Positions 1-9,858 of a stretch of DNA of 64,000 bases are shown here, in pieces (positions within the stretch are counted from its first letter, which is position 1; every line of letters starts with the position of its first letter). Under the pieces are notes generated by a model. It did no database searches. It was not told where the DNA came from and saw only the letters and a list, made by a program, of their open reading frames with translations. The position numbers were made by a program, and so were the translations under genes. The DNA lies in the sequence record ON287376.1. One strand, 5' to 3'.

Positions 1-42
1 GTTAATGATAAAAACGTTGTAGTCTTCTATCACGATAGCTGC

Positions 43-918
43 ATGGACGGCTTCGCAGCCGCTGCGCTGATGTATACTCGTTATCCATTGGCCACGTATC
101 AACCAATTAACTACGGTCGTCCTAATACTCTGGACGTCGAAGGTAAGGTAGTCTTCTTCGTAGACTTCTGCCCTGACACTGAGTGGACAAGCGCTAACTG
201 GGAAAAGACCCAGCGTTGCATTCTACTCGACCATCACAAAGACTCTACTGACCGTGCTGGTCATGCGAAAGAGCACATGCGTCCAGGTGACCACATCGGT
301 TTCGATATGGCTCACTCAGGTGCAGGCCTGGCATGGGAATACCTCTATCCAAACGAACCAATGCCGCCTATGGTTAAATTGGTAGAACTGCGTGACCTTT
401 GGTTACTTACCCCGGACATGCGTAAGTATCACGAGTACTTCGCTACCTTCCTGGCTAAGGGTGAACCGGATGTTATCTTCCCGCCGTTCGTTAAAGTCCT
501 TTACACCCAAGACCAAGCTGGTGTAGATGAAATTACTGCGATGGCTGATATCCTGGTCAAAGCACGCGATCAGCAAGTAGAGTGGTTCATGAAGAATGCT
601 ACTTGGTGGTATCGCGGTCAGGTTATTCGCGGCCCTAAAGGTCAAGTCGATACCACCATCGCCGTTCTGAACTGCCCGCATATCTTCATCTCTGAGGTTG
701 CTTCTCAGATCATGGAGAAGAACCCGCGTGTTGATCTGGTGATCGGTACAAGTATTAGCGGCAAGGGTATGGGATTCAGTTTCCGTTCTCGTGCCGGTTC
801 CGGGTTAGCGTCCCATGTAGCTAAGAAGTTCTCTGGTGGTGGCCACCCTGATGCAGCAGGTGGTCGTTGTGCAGGTATTAAGAGTTACGAAGAACTGGTG
901 AAAGAGGCCTGTGAATGA
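43..918 (+). CDS. DHH/DHHA1-family phosphoesterase
   Basis: Motifs DG(F)AAA, VDF, LLDHH, a D-x-x-H-SGA segment, ELRDLW and the C-terminal DHHA1 signature FSGGGHPDAAG. Confidence 0.85.
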   Translation: MDGFAAAALMYTRYPLATYQPINYGRPNTLDVEGKVVFFVDFCPDTEWTSANWEKTQRCILLDHHKDSTDRAGHAKEHMRPGDHIGFDMAHSGAGLAWEYLYPNEPMPPMVKLVELRDLWLLTPDMRKYHEYFATFLAKGEPDVIFPPFVKVLYTQDQAGVDEITAMADILVKARDQQVEWFMKNATWWYRGQVIRGPKGQVDTTIAVLNCPHIFISEVASQIMEKNPRVDLVIGTSISGKGMGFSFRSRAGSGLASHVAKKFSGGGHPDAAGGRCAGIKSYEELVKEACE

Positions 919-1427
919 TCGAAGCTCCTGAACTCTCTATAGAGCCCTGCGGGGGCTCTAAACAAATGATTCGTTACGCCGGTACGACCATCGTAGTCGA
1001 CTTCGATACACTGGCGAACATTTCAATCAATAAACCAAATTCCTTTGGCTATCGTTCCTCGATAGTCTTTATTGACAACACCGGGTTCCAACAAGTCGTC
1101 CAAGTCGAAGGTAACGACTTTGCTCTCTACGAAGAGTTCACTCTCCGTGTTATCGATATCTGGAAAGTTTGGCTGCGTAACACTGCTGGCTTTGTTAACG
1201 ATATTGAACCGCCTGTTATGAGATATTATGCTGATAGAAAATTATTGGCTATCAAGTGGGGTGGTAATACAGTTAACGTCTACAAAGATGGACTCGAAAC
1301 TGTTAGGCATTTAGGTGACCAATTGGTCATCGATTACGGTAATCGAAAAGTTATCAGGCTGCTGAGTGCTCGAGTGGATCTCCTGGATACAGTTAACAAG
1401 GAGATACAAGGCAGACTGATAGTGTAA
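915..1427 (+). CDS. hypothetical protein (two beta-rich modules, each ending in a helix)
   Basis: ATGA overlap with the upstream stop; phage-like codon usage. Confidence 0.6.
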   Translation: MIEAPELSIEPCGGSKQMIRYAGTTIVVDFDTLANISINKPNSFGYRSSIVFIDNTGFQQVVQVEGNDFALYEEFTLRVIDIWKVWLRNTAGFVNDIEPPVMRYYADRKLLAIKWGGNTVNVYKDGLETVRHLGDQLVIDYGNRKVIRLLSARVDLLDTVNKEIQGRLIV

Positions 1428-1448
1428 TAATCACAGCAGAGTCCTCGT

Positions 1449-1724
1449 ATGCAAAAAGACATCTTTATGGCCCTTAACCAAGATGAGACTTCTTTCATCG
1501 TTAAGGATAAAAACAGTAACACTGTAGTAATGGCAGATAAGATCCTCAGTGTCGGTAATGTCTTCCGTCGTTGTCTGGTAGGATCTTGGTTCCTCGACTT
1601 ACGTTTCACCTCCGGTGAAGCCGTCAGGTTCGTGGCCAATCGTGATCAATTAATTCGCTTGAAGATCGCTTTGATCAGTGCGGTAGAAACTAACGCCCGA
1701 CGTTTACGTCGAAAGACCAACTAA
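1449..1724 (+). CDS. hypothetical protein
   Basis: Co-directional ORF within the operon. Confidence 0.55.
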   Translation: MQKDIFMALNQDETSFIVKDKNSNTVVMADKILSVGNVFRRCLVGSWFLDLRFTSGEAVRFVANRDQLIRLKIALISAVETNARRLRRKTN

Positions 1725-1737
1725 GAAAGGAAAGTAA

Positions 1738-2355
1738 ATGGAACAACAGCTCGCTCAAAATATTCCCGGTTACAAATTGTTTATTGTCTGGGATCTGGAC
1801 GATACCGTATTTGATACCGAACATGCTTTAGTTAATTGGATTAACAAAAAGTATAACGCCAACTATGTCTGGGGTAATCGACTGGGTCGTAAAGGTGTTG
1901 AAGGTGAACGCCTGATGGATGCACTGGAAGATGCATTCTTCATGCGCGACGGAGTATTCTGTCCGGGCTGGGAAAAGTTCCCTGAATGGTTACGCTTTAT
2001 GGAGTTCGCGTATCCTGAAGTTGGTCACCTCTTCGTTACTCACCGTGGTTACCACAAACGCGGCATGGAGTACACGTTAGAGAACTTCAAGAAACATGGC
2101 CTCGTTATGGAAGGCGTCGCTTTGGATCCTGAAGTTCACCCAGATAAAGAAGCCTGGCTGAAAACCCAGACTAACTTACCTTTCCTGTTATTCGACGATC
2201 GTCCTCATTGGACGAACGGCAATGGCGGATCGGATAATGTCATTTTGGTTAATCGGCCATGGAACTCTGAACTGCAGGGTTATCGTCGCGTTGAGTCTTT
2301 CAAGGATGTTCAGAAGCAAACGGTTGATTTCATTGTTTCTCATTTGGGTTATTAA
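1738..2355 (+). CDS. HAD-superfamily hydrolase, 5'(3')-deoxyribonucleotidase-like
   Basis: Motif I WDLDDTVFD, motif II VTHR, motif IV FDDRP and NRPWN; SD aggaaag. Confidence 0.8.
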   Translation: MEQQLAQNIPGYKLFIVWDLDDTVFDTEHALVNWINKKYNANYVWGNRLGRKGVEGERLMDALEDAFFMRDGVFCPGWEKFPEWLRFMEFAYPEVGHLFVTHRGYHKRGMEYTLENFKKHGLVMEGVALDPEVHPDKEAWLKTQTNLPFLLFDDRPHWTNGNGGSDNVILVNRPWNSELQGYRRVESFKDVQKQTVDFIVSHLGY

Positions 2356-2415
2356 AATAACGGAGTACGCTTTTGCGTACTCCGTTTATTTGTTTATGCA
2401 CTCTTTTATTTTTTA

Positions 2416-3102
2416 TTGAGGTATAACCTAATGATGGAATTCGATCGTAACACTGCTAAGGCTCTGCAAGAGTCTCTGAACGCTGCAGGTTTTAACTGCG
2501 GCACTCCTGACGGTATCTGGGGAAAGAACTCCCAGGCTGCGCTGGAAGCATCTTATAAGCAGTACGATATCGCTTGGTCGGGTAACAAGAACGTCAATGA
2601 CGAGTTCGTTACTAAGACTAAGAAAATTGCTAAGGATCTGCAGCAGACAGATGATGGCGGTTGGTTAATGTCTTGCATGGCATTCGAAACAGGGCGTACT
2701 TTCTCCCCTACCATCCAGAATGGCGCAGGAGCAAGCTACTGGGGCCTCGTTCAGTTTGGATCCATGGCGATGCAGGACATTGGTGTCACTAAAGCACAAC
2801 TGCTGACGATGACTGCAGTTCAGCAATTAGACTGCGTCTACAAATACTTCAAACCGTACACCGGTAAGCTCTACGATCTGACTTCATGCTACATGCGTAT
2901 CTTGTGGCCGGTTGGTGTTACCAAACCGAACTCTTACGTCATGTGGGATAAAAATATTCCAAGTCAAGCTAAGGCCTACGAGCAAAACCGTGGCCTGGAC
3001 GTGGATAAGGACGGTAAGATTACCCGTGCAGAAGTGGGTACTACCATTTGGAAAATCTACGGCGAAGGTCTTCTGATCAAGAACCGTAAGAAGATCGCGT
3101 AA
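2416..3102 (+). CDS. modular endolysin (peptidoglycan-binding domain plus lysozyme-like domain); true start probably ATG at 2431 or 2434
   Basis: N-terminal LQ..LNAAGF..GTPDGIWGKNSQAAL PG-binding motif; catalytic region FETGRTFSP...GLVQF; C-terminal Y.QN.GLD.DKDG.IT. Confidence 0.85.
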   Translation: MRYNLMMEFDRNTAKALQESLNAAGFNCGTPDGIWGKNSQAALEASYKQYDIAWSGNKNVNDEFVTKTKKIAKDLQQTDDGGWLMSCMAFETGRTFSPTIQNGAGASYWGLVQFGSMAMQDIGVTKAQLLTMTAVQQLDCVYKYFKPYTGKLYDLTSCYMRILWPVGVTKPNSYVMWDKNIPSQAKAYEQNRGLDVDKDGKITRAEVGTTIWKIYGEGLLIKNRKKIA

Positions 3103-3119
3103 CCTCGTAGGGGTGGCGT

Positions 3120-3242
3120 ATGAATGCAGAGATAGTAATTACTATTTCCGCAGCTGAGGTCTTAATCACTTCCGTGGTTATCTTGGCTATCCTGGTTGGG
3201 ATATCGGGAGCAATTGCGTTTGTTAAGTTTGGACCTAAGTAA
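3120..3242 (+). CDS. unannotated 40-aa single-pass membrane microprotein (holin-like candidate)
   Basis: Translated by hand: MNAEIVITISAAEVLITSVVILAILVGISGAIAFVKFGPK*. SD-like ggggtgg upstream; lies between the endolysin stop and the terminator. Confidence 0.6.
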   Translation: MNAEIVITISAAEVLITSVVILAILVGISGAIAFVKFGPK

Positions 3243-3252
3243 TAAAGCAAAC

Positions 3253-3281
3253 ATAGACCAGGGCGTTTTGCCCTGGTCTAT
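3253..3281. terminator. hairpin terminator between convergent lysis and tail genes (probably bidirectional)
   Basis: atagaccagggc-gtttt-gccctggtctat, a 12-bp perfect stem with A/T-rich flanks. Confidence 0.8.
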
Positions 3282-3297
3282 TATCTTATTTTGTCGA

Positions 3298-4167
3298 TTA
3301 GATACCGACACCGCCTTTGGACATTTTCTGCATCCACTCAACGTAACCAGTATCAGCAGCAGCAACGTCAGCTTCTGCGGATTGCAGGAAGGCCGGACGG
3401 GTGTTGATGTCAATACCAGTTTGACGAGCGCGATCCAGGAACTGCTGGCCCAGTTTACGAACACCGTCACCTACTTGCTGAATACCAGTGAAGGTAATCG
3501 AGTGAGTTACGGATTCAGGGGTAGCGGTGATGTCACGGCTACCTTCGTTACGTGGACCCTGCATTGGCATCATGTTGGTAACCAACCATGCTTCCTGGCA
3601 ATAACGCTGAGATGCATCCGGCTCTACGAAGAGTACGGTGAACGCAGTGTAGTCAGGGTAACTGGTACCAGGGGTGATGTTGCCTTTGGCGATGATGCCT
3701 GGAACGTTACTCTCTGGGTTACCCAGGAAGTAAATGATGTAGCGCTGCCAGAAGTTCAGGACCGGACGACCGATCTTCTCTACCCACTCGAACTGAGGAA
3801 CAGAACGAGCGCGGCGAACTTTAGCCAGAGACTGCATCATCTCACCAGAACCACCGAACGGGTTTTCGACGTATTCAACGTCCAACGACTGATCCAGGCC
3901 GGAGATAGAACGCGGGTGCAGTTCGATCAGGGCCTTCAGAGCTGCTTGCCATTTCGCCGGGTCATCCGTATCCAGCATTGCTGCAGGACATTCCAGAAGG
4001 AATGGGATAACCGGACGACGGGTGTAGTCAGCTGCACCGTGGTAGTAACGGAAATCAGGAGCGTACCCCATCATGCCTGAGTTAGGCAGGTTGGTTACGG
4101 GCCCGAAGGACCCGTTGACGTACGCTGTGTTGGAAGGGAGAATGGTATTTGGATCTTTCTTAGCCAT
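3298..4167 (-). CDS. tail tube protein (phiKZ gp30-like)
   Basis: 289 aa, coupled directly behind the sheath gene; strong codon bias; typical size and synteny. Confidence 0.8.
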   Translation of the reverse strand: MAKKDPNTILPSNTAYVNGSFGPVTNLPNSGMMGYAPDFRYYHGAADYTRRPVIPFLLECPAAMLDTDDPAKWQAALKALIELHPRSISGLDQSLDVEYVENPFGGSGEMMQSLAKVRRARSVPQFEWVEKIGRPVLNFWQRYIIYFLGNPESNVPGIIAKGNITPGTSYPDYTAFTVLFVEPDASQRYCQEAWLVTNMMPMQGPRNEGSRDITATPESVTHSITFTGIQQVGDGVRKLGQQFLDRARQTGIDINTRPAFLQSAEADVAAADTGYVEWMQKMSKGGVGI

Positions 4168-6238
4168 TCGCTAACTCCTCGGCGGTATAAGCTACGGACG
4201 ACATGTCCAATACGGTACGCATGTGGTTCGCACCGAAATCAACACGCAACGACCAGCTGTAACCACGTTCACGGTCACCGTCGGTGATCTGAGCATGAGG
4301 GATATAACGCAGACGGTTATCGAAGGCGTTTGCACCGCGATCAGTTACGATCTTCTCGGTACGTTCCAACAGCTGATCGTCAGACAGTTTACCGTTACCC
4401 GACAGATCACGCCATGCATCGAAGCCGAAGCGGTTGATGTTGGCAACCAGCAGACCAGTCATGGAAGACTTCAGCACAGAACCAGGTTCTGGGTAGAAGC
4501 TCTGCTGACCGGCATAGAACTGGGAGCGGGTGTCGTAGTCTTCCACGTACACCAGACCACTTGCCCACTGACGGCGTTTTACACGCCAGGACTTGTCGAG
4601 GTTGGTTACGTTTTTGACTACTTGAACGATACGGTTCGCACCGTCGTCGATCGCGTTTTCAGATTTCAGTACACCGTTAGCTGCGCCGGCATAAGAGCAC
4701 ATTGCAGCGAAACGGTCCAGGTTCAGCGGAACACGGAACTTGCGAGTAGTACCGGTGTAGTCGCCACACTGACCTACGATCTGACCACGGAATGCCGGGG
4801 TAGCGAAATCTGTAGAATCAGGGAACTGTTGGACACGGGTCAACAGAGACAGAGCGATGGACTCTTCTTCTTCGTTGGTGTTGTCCGGGAGGCTGATATC
4901 CTGTGTACACAAGCTGATCCAGGTATCAGCACGGAAGCCGATAATTGCCGGGATGAGTTGCTTGGTAGCCAGATCGTAACCGGAGTCCCAGAAGGCGTTG
5001 AACGGATAACGCGCCATGTTGCTCAGGTTGATACCGGTGTTGCTGGTCAGGTTACCCAGGATTTTAGCCACTGCCTTGTTAAAGGAAGCGTTACCCAGAG
5101 TACCGTCACCACCACCTACCATGTAGAAGGATGCGTTCTCAGAGAGAACAGTACCGCCTTCAGAAACCGGCTGGATTTGCACAGTGTGGTAAGGTACGCC
5201 TTCCACAGTTTGCGCGCCGAACAGGTTGATCTCGTACAGGTCATCCGGGTTGTCAGAGACAGCCGGGTTAGCCGCAGATTCCAGAGCCTGGATTTCTTTC
5301 AGCAGCATGTCTACGTTAGCCTGGTACAGATAAGGCTTATCGATTGGAGATTCCAACCAAGTAGACGGGTCGCTATCGTTGTAGCGCTCATCGATGCGTT
5401 CAGCGAAATCGTAAACGATCCCGGTTTCACGGTCGATGGTGTCAGTCCCCAGGCTTACCAATACGGAAGATTCCTGAGACAGAGTCTCAAGGATTGCCGG
5501 AGAAGACAGTTCGTTTTCACGAACCAGCATCTGGAAGCGATACAGGAAAGACTTCAGTCGAGCTTGCAGATCGGAATCTGCCGCTTGACGAGATTGGGTG
5601 GTCGGAGCCCAGATGCGCAGTGCGGTGTTTGGACCCAGAGACGATTTGTCGCGAGCGATCCAGTCTACCAACGGCAGCAACTGAGATTTACCCGCGGTGT
5701 CGTCACCCAGGGTACCGTCGGATTTTTCACGGCGGCCGTACATTGTTTGTTGGCTATCTTTGTCAACCGGAATCGCGCCGAAATGGAACGACATCAGGAT
5801 GCCAGGGATAGTGGTACCAGTTGCTTGCTTCTGGCCATTGGAGTCCAGAATGTAGCGACCTTCTTCGTCGCGTTTGTATTCTGGAAGATCTTTCTTCATC
5901 CAGTCTACAGACAGACCGAGAGTTGCTGGGTCGGGAATATCTTCCGGCTCAACACGCATTGCCAAGAACTGGTTGCCGGCTTTACGCGCTTCGATAACGA
6001 ATGGCGTAGAGTGAGTAGCATAAGGGGAGTTCAGGTCAACAGCTTCGGAACCGAAGATATCTTCGAACTTGTTCGGGTCGATCCACATCGGCGTAGTTGG
6101 CCCTTTCCGCGAGAAGAACGGAATCAGAGGACGGTGCAAAGGGAGCGTGGTTGGTGCCCCAGTGCTACGCTGATAAGATGTGTCCCGAGTACCCCGATAA
6201 TAAATATTGGGAGTAGAGCTTGTGATTTGCTCAGACAT
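4160..6238 (-). CDS. contractile tail sheath protein (phiKZ gp29-like)
   Basis: 692 aa; N-terminal P.H.PL..FF..KGP and C-terminal FWDSGY...K sheath-like segments; divergent from the structural/terminase operon as in phiKZ-like phages. Confidence 0.85.
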   Translation of the reverse strand: MSEQITSSTPNIYYRGTRDTSYQRSTGAPTTLPLHRPLIPFFSRKGPTTPMWIDPNKFEDIFGSEAVDLNSPYATHSTPFVIEARKAGNQFLAMRVEPEDIPDPATLGLSVDWMKKDLPEYKRDEEGRYILDSNGQKQATGTTIPGILMSFHFGAIPVDKDSQQTMYGRREKSDGTLGDDTAGKSQLLPLVDWIARDKSSLGPNTALRIWAPTTQSRQAADSDLQARLKSFLYRFQMLVRENELSSPAILETLSQESSVLVSLGTDTIDRETGIVYDFAERIDERYNDSDPSTWLESPIDKPYLYQANVDMLLKEIQALESAANPAVSDNPDDLYEINLFGAQTVEGVPYHTVQIQPVSEGGTVLSENASFYMVGGGDGTLGNASFNKAVAKILGNLTSNTGINLSNMARYPFNAFWDSGYDLATKQLIPAIIGFRADTWISLCTQDISLPDNTNEEEESIALSLLTRVQQFPDSTDFATPAFRGQIVGQCGDYTGTTRKFRVPLNLDRFAAMCSYAGAANGVLKSENAIDDGANRIVQVVKNVTNLDKSWRVKRRQWASGLVYVEDYDTRSQFYAGQQSFYPEPGSVLKSSMTGLLVANINRFGFDAWRDLSGNGKLSDDQLLERTEKIVTDRGANAFDNRLRYIPHAQITDGDRERGYSWSLRVDFGANHMRTVLDMSSVAYTAEELANG

Positions 6239-6347
6239 GGTGTTGCTCCGTATACAGAGTGATCTTACGTAAGTATGTACATATCACGTGTGACATTACG
6301 CGTCATAATAAGCATTTAAGCCTTAGTTAAACATTTGGAGAGTAGAA

Positions 6348-7283
6348 ATGTTCAAACGAACCTACGATACTACCGCAGGAAGTATCCACTACCAGAACAC
6401 TTTACCAGGTCGTCTGCTGGTAGCAAAAGCAGAACAAACCCTGACTGCAGATCTGATCCCTGGTATCCCTGACCTTTACTGTCTGGTAGAGAAGTCTGCT
6501 CGTACCGACATGATCCCGACTTTCTTCCACTTGATGAAAGTCTCAGCTTCCGCCAATGAAGCGCCGTTCTACGTTATCGACCTGCGTCCTTATCGTAGCC
6601 AACTTCGTGACGGTGGTAATGGTCGCCCTATCCTGTCTAACGAAGGTACTGTTGGTCACTTCACTCGCCGTGCTCTGCTGGAAATGCATTGGGACAAATT
6701 CGGTGGTCGTCCTCTGCTGTTCGCTGGGGATGTTCCGGTAGTTATCTTCGCACGTTGGATCGGCGGTCTGCTTCGTAGCCGTTTCAATCTGAACGAAGAA
6801 AGCTCTCCGCGTGTTCAGGTGTTTGCAGCTTACTACTACATGTGCCTGCACTTTAATAAGGAAGACTTCACTGCTGATTCGAACAAAATGCTGGCCGTTC
6901 GTATCTCACGTGCTCTTCGTCTCCCTGTACAGAAAGTCATCGACTGGGTAGCACCGCTTCCTTATTTAGCTAACCTGGACGACTTCTGCAATATCGCTCT
7001 GGTTAAGAACAGCGGTACTGTAGCGCTAAGCGGTATTGACCGTCGTGTTCTCTGGGCCATGACCGGTACCGGCTGGTTCGGCTCCGCTGATACTAAAGAA
7101 GTATTGGCTGTCTCTCTGGAGTTCCCTCCAGCGTTTGTTTCCATGGTTTATACCGGGACTACCGATCGCCTGGCTCGTAAAGCTGCTCTCAGTCAATTGA
7201 TTGAGAAAGAAGGTCGCACCCTGGGTGCACAGGCTTACTGTCAGCGGATCGATGGTCTGATTCGTGAATTGAAAATCGTTTGA
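6348..7283 (+). CDS. virion structural protein (phiKZ gp28 position)
   Basis: Synteny and size (311 aa); SD ggag. Confidence 0.6.
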   Translation: MFKRTYDTTAGSIHYQNTLPGRLLVAKAEQTLTADLIPGIPDLYCLVEKSARTDMIPTFFHLMKVSASANEAPFYVIDLRPYRSQLRDGGNGRPILSNEGTVGHFTRRALLEMHWDKFGGRPLLFAGDVPVVIFARWIGGLLRSRFNLNEESSPRVQVFAAYYYMCLHFNKEDFTADSNKMLAVRISRALRLPVQKVIDWVAPLPYLANLDDFCNIALVKNSGTVALSGIDRRVLWAMTGTGWFGSADTKEVLAVSLEFPPAFVSMVYTGTTDRLARKAALSQLIEKEGRTLGAQAYCQRIDGLIRELKIV

Positions 7284-7290
7284 TGCTAAG

Positions 7291-9858
7291 GTGCGCGACA
7301 TGAATAGTCTTACAGCTAGTTATTTACTCGATCATGCGCGCACTAACCTTTGGTGCGCACCATTCCAAGACCGACAGGTCATCTTAGACCTGACCCGTAT
7401 CAGCCGAGATGGCGGTGCTTTGCAATCTATCCTTGTTCAATGGACAGATATTCCACTGCCTACTAAGGATGAGTTCTACCACGTTTACCAGATCGGTAAC
7501 AACAGTAGCTGGCGTACTAACTTGCCTGACCAACGAAACATTTGGTTCCAGATGAGTGCATGGTCTGCTACGGGTAATCTCATTACTGACCTCTACCTGA
7601 ACAACGGGGAAAGAATCCCTACCTTCAGCAGTTACGTCCTTCGTACCAAGAATGACAACTTGATTGTCGCAGTGAAGCTGTATAAGTCTCGCTGGAATCT
7701 GGACGAAGACAATCTCTACCTCCGCATTTACAACAACGCCTTCTTCTCCTCTAAACGCTCAGCAACGATCGAAACGAAAGTTGCCTACGGCGGTGGTGAA
7801 TACAAAACCCCTAATGATGGGAAAACGTGGCGTGACGAAATTCGTGCATGGCGTAAGAAACGCGGCATCGTGAACGTATTCGTCAATGGGGTATGGGTAG
7901 ACGATTTAAATCTCTCTGCGATGGTTACAGGCGATTTGGTCGAATGGGTTTATGACAGTGCTGTCTCCCGTATCGTTGACTTTAAGTTGACGTCGTTACC
8001 GGACTTCACTTCTACCTTAGATAAAACGAAAAAGTATTTGCTCCACCCCAGTAAGAACTCTCATGAGGAAATGATCTACTATCGTGACGATGTGGACGTT
8101 TACCTTTATGCCAAGAGTGGTGATGGCAACGACAAGTTGATTGGTCGTTATTACCAGCGTAACCGAGAAGACTCGATGCGCATGGTCACTCACGCCGACT
8201 ACTCGATCCCAACGGGTTACATCTACAACTACGTCGTTGATGGGTGGACTAACCGTGACAACTTCTACATCCGTTTACATCTGCGTGACAGCGGATTTAA
8301 GCGTCCTCTCATTAATGAGGTCAACCGTATCCAAACTCTGTATCGTTTAGACGATATGGATATTCTTCGCGCTATGCTGGGCATTGATGCGACGATCAAG
8401 GAATGGAAGGTTGAGAATCTGGAAGAGTCCATGTACACCGCTATCATGCGTGACCAGTACGCAACCTTCACTGCAGAAGACGTAGTGAACGCTTACGGGT
8501 ATAACGCATTGGCTAAGCTGTTTGCTGACACCCCAGTAGAGAGTAACCCGGATAGTAATGGTGACTGGGCGCAAGTGCCATTCGGGATTCAACAAGGCGG
8601 GACATTCTTCGAGTACACCAAAGATGGTAAACTCTTAGGATGGAGTTTTGACGGGTTCAGCGATCGCTTCTTTACCAAGTTCGAAGGGACTGGAATGGTA
8701 GAGATGCTCATGGGTCACGGTAGAAAGGATATCAACTGGAATCCTTCTAACGACGATTTCCAGATGGGCGACAAGTACCAGTATTACTTCTTCGTAAGTC
8801 CAGTCAAGAACGGAGTTATTACCGGAGCATGGCGGCCTGCAGAGGAAGGTAAGGACTACATGGTTAGTCCTAATGGACTGGTTACCTGGATCCACGTAAA
8901 AGCGCGTAATATGGGTTTGGTGCTCTCTAACGAGTACTTCCTCTGTTACACCCAGGATGTTAATCCGTCCGATGGCATCATGCGGTTCTCCATCACCCAC
9001 TCTAATCAGCTGGGTACCGTACTTCCTATCCAACCTGAAGTTCTCGATATCTTCCAAGGGAGTTACTCGCTTATTGAAGGTTTGGACTATATCGTAGAGT
9101 GGCCGGTAGTTACGGTCATCACTCCGCGTTACAACGTGCCGGGTGATGTGCAGCGGTTTACCATTCGCGGTATGGGCTGGGAGACTCCGACTGTTAAACG
9201 TCGCAAGCCAGATGATGCAGGGTTCGCTTACCAAGGAATCTTGAGCCTCAACGGTCGCTTCGATGTACGTGACGATAAAGTCATGCGTTGCGTTGTTGAT
9301 GGTAAGCTCGGGATCGCAAGTGAATTGCCATTTGCTGAGAACTACGGTAAGCCAGGAATTATTACTGTCCCTAATGGTACGGCGTATTCAGAAATGACCA
9401 TGTACGTTCCGCTGTTCGGTTTGCCCACTAAACAGAATGAGATCCTCATGCTGCGTGGTGAAGAAAGCGATAAGCGTTTGAGCGATTACATGACGCTGAA
9501 GTACCCGGAAGTAGTGGTAGAAGGCCCGAACCCGATTGAGGAACATTATCGTCTCTTCAGTCCGTTGATCACCCGCCTCTACTATGAAATCAACTTGGGA
9601 ACATTGACTCCTCCGTCCAATCCAAAAGATCGCGTAACGCTCTCTAACGTGATCAATGATTATCTCGATTACTTGAACATCGACCCTTGTCGTTTCGATT
9701 TGAACGAGAACTATCTGCGGATTGATTGTCACCCGTTTGACGATATGCTTCCTATCGATAAAGCAACTTGGCTGTTCTTCGAGCAGGTTAACCAAGTGTA
9801 CCTTCGTGGGAAACTCAAGTTAAATAGCTTCTTCATCATCAAGGACAAAACTGTATGA
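7291..9858 (+). CDS. virion structural / baseplate protein (phiKZ gp27 position)
   Basis: 855 aa, N-terminal YL.DHA..NLWCAP.QDRQ; synteny. Confidence 0.65.
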   Translation: MRDMNSLTASYLLDHARTNLWCAPFQDRQVILDLTRISRDGGALQSILVQWTDIPLPTKDEFYHVYQIGNNSSWRTNLPDQRNIWFQMSAWSATGNLITDLYLNNGERIPTFSSYVLRTKNDNLIVAVKLYKSRWNLDEDNLYLRIYNNAFFSSKRSATIETKVAYGGGEYKTPNDGKTWRDEIRAWRKKRGIVNVFVNGVWVDDLNLSAMVTGDLVEWVYDSAVSRIVDFKLTSLPDFTSTLDKTKKYLLHPSKNSHEEMIYYRDDVDVYLYAKSGDGNDKLIGRYYQRNREDSMRMVTHADYSIPTGYIYNYVVDGWTNRDNFYIRLHLRDSGFKRPLINEVNRIQTLYRLDDMDILRAMLGIDATIKEWKVENLEESMYTAIMRDQYATFTAEDVVNAYGYNALAKLFADTPVESNPDSNGDWAQVPFGIQQGGTFFEYTKDGKLLGWSFDGFSDRFFTKFEGTGMVEMLMGHGRKDINWNPSNDDFQMGDKYQYYFFVSPVKNGVITGAWRPAEEGKDYMVSPNGLVTWIHVKARNMGLVLSNEYFLCYTQDVNPSDGIMRFSITHSNQLGTVLPIQPEVLDIFQGSYSLIEGLDYIVEWPVVTVITPRYNVPGDVQRFTIRGMGWETPTVKRRKPDDAGFAYQGILSLNGRFDVRDDKVMRCVVDGKLGIASELPFAENYGKPGIITVPNGTAYSEMTMYVPLFGLPTKQNEILMLRGEESDKRLSDYMTLKYPEVVVEGPNPIEEHYRLFSPLITRLYYEINLGTLTPPSNPKDRVTLSNVINDYLDYLNIDPCRFDLNENYLRIDCHPFDDMLPIDKATWLFFEQVNQVYLRGKLKLNSFFIIKDKTV

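Noticed and set aside
4223-6262. Long antisense ORFs opposite the sheath, tube (3196..4080), chimallin (36535..38307) and the gp70-like gene (48330..49607)
   Set aside because: These are shadows of strongly codon-biased genes, which lack stop codons on the reverse strand; they have no SD and no protein-like motifs.
6240-6310. Cluster of short palindromes (TTACGTAA, ATGTACAT, CACGTG, ACGCGT) in the divergent sheath/structural promoter region
   Set aside because: 6-8 bp palindromes in AT-rich DNA are too weak to support a function without conservation data.
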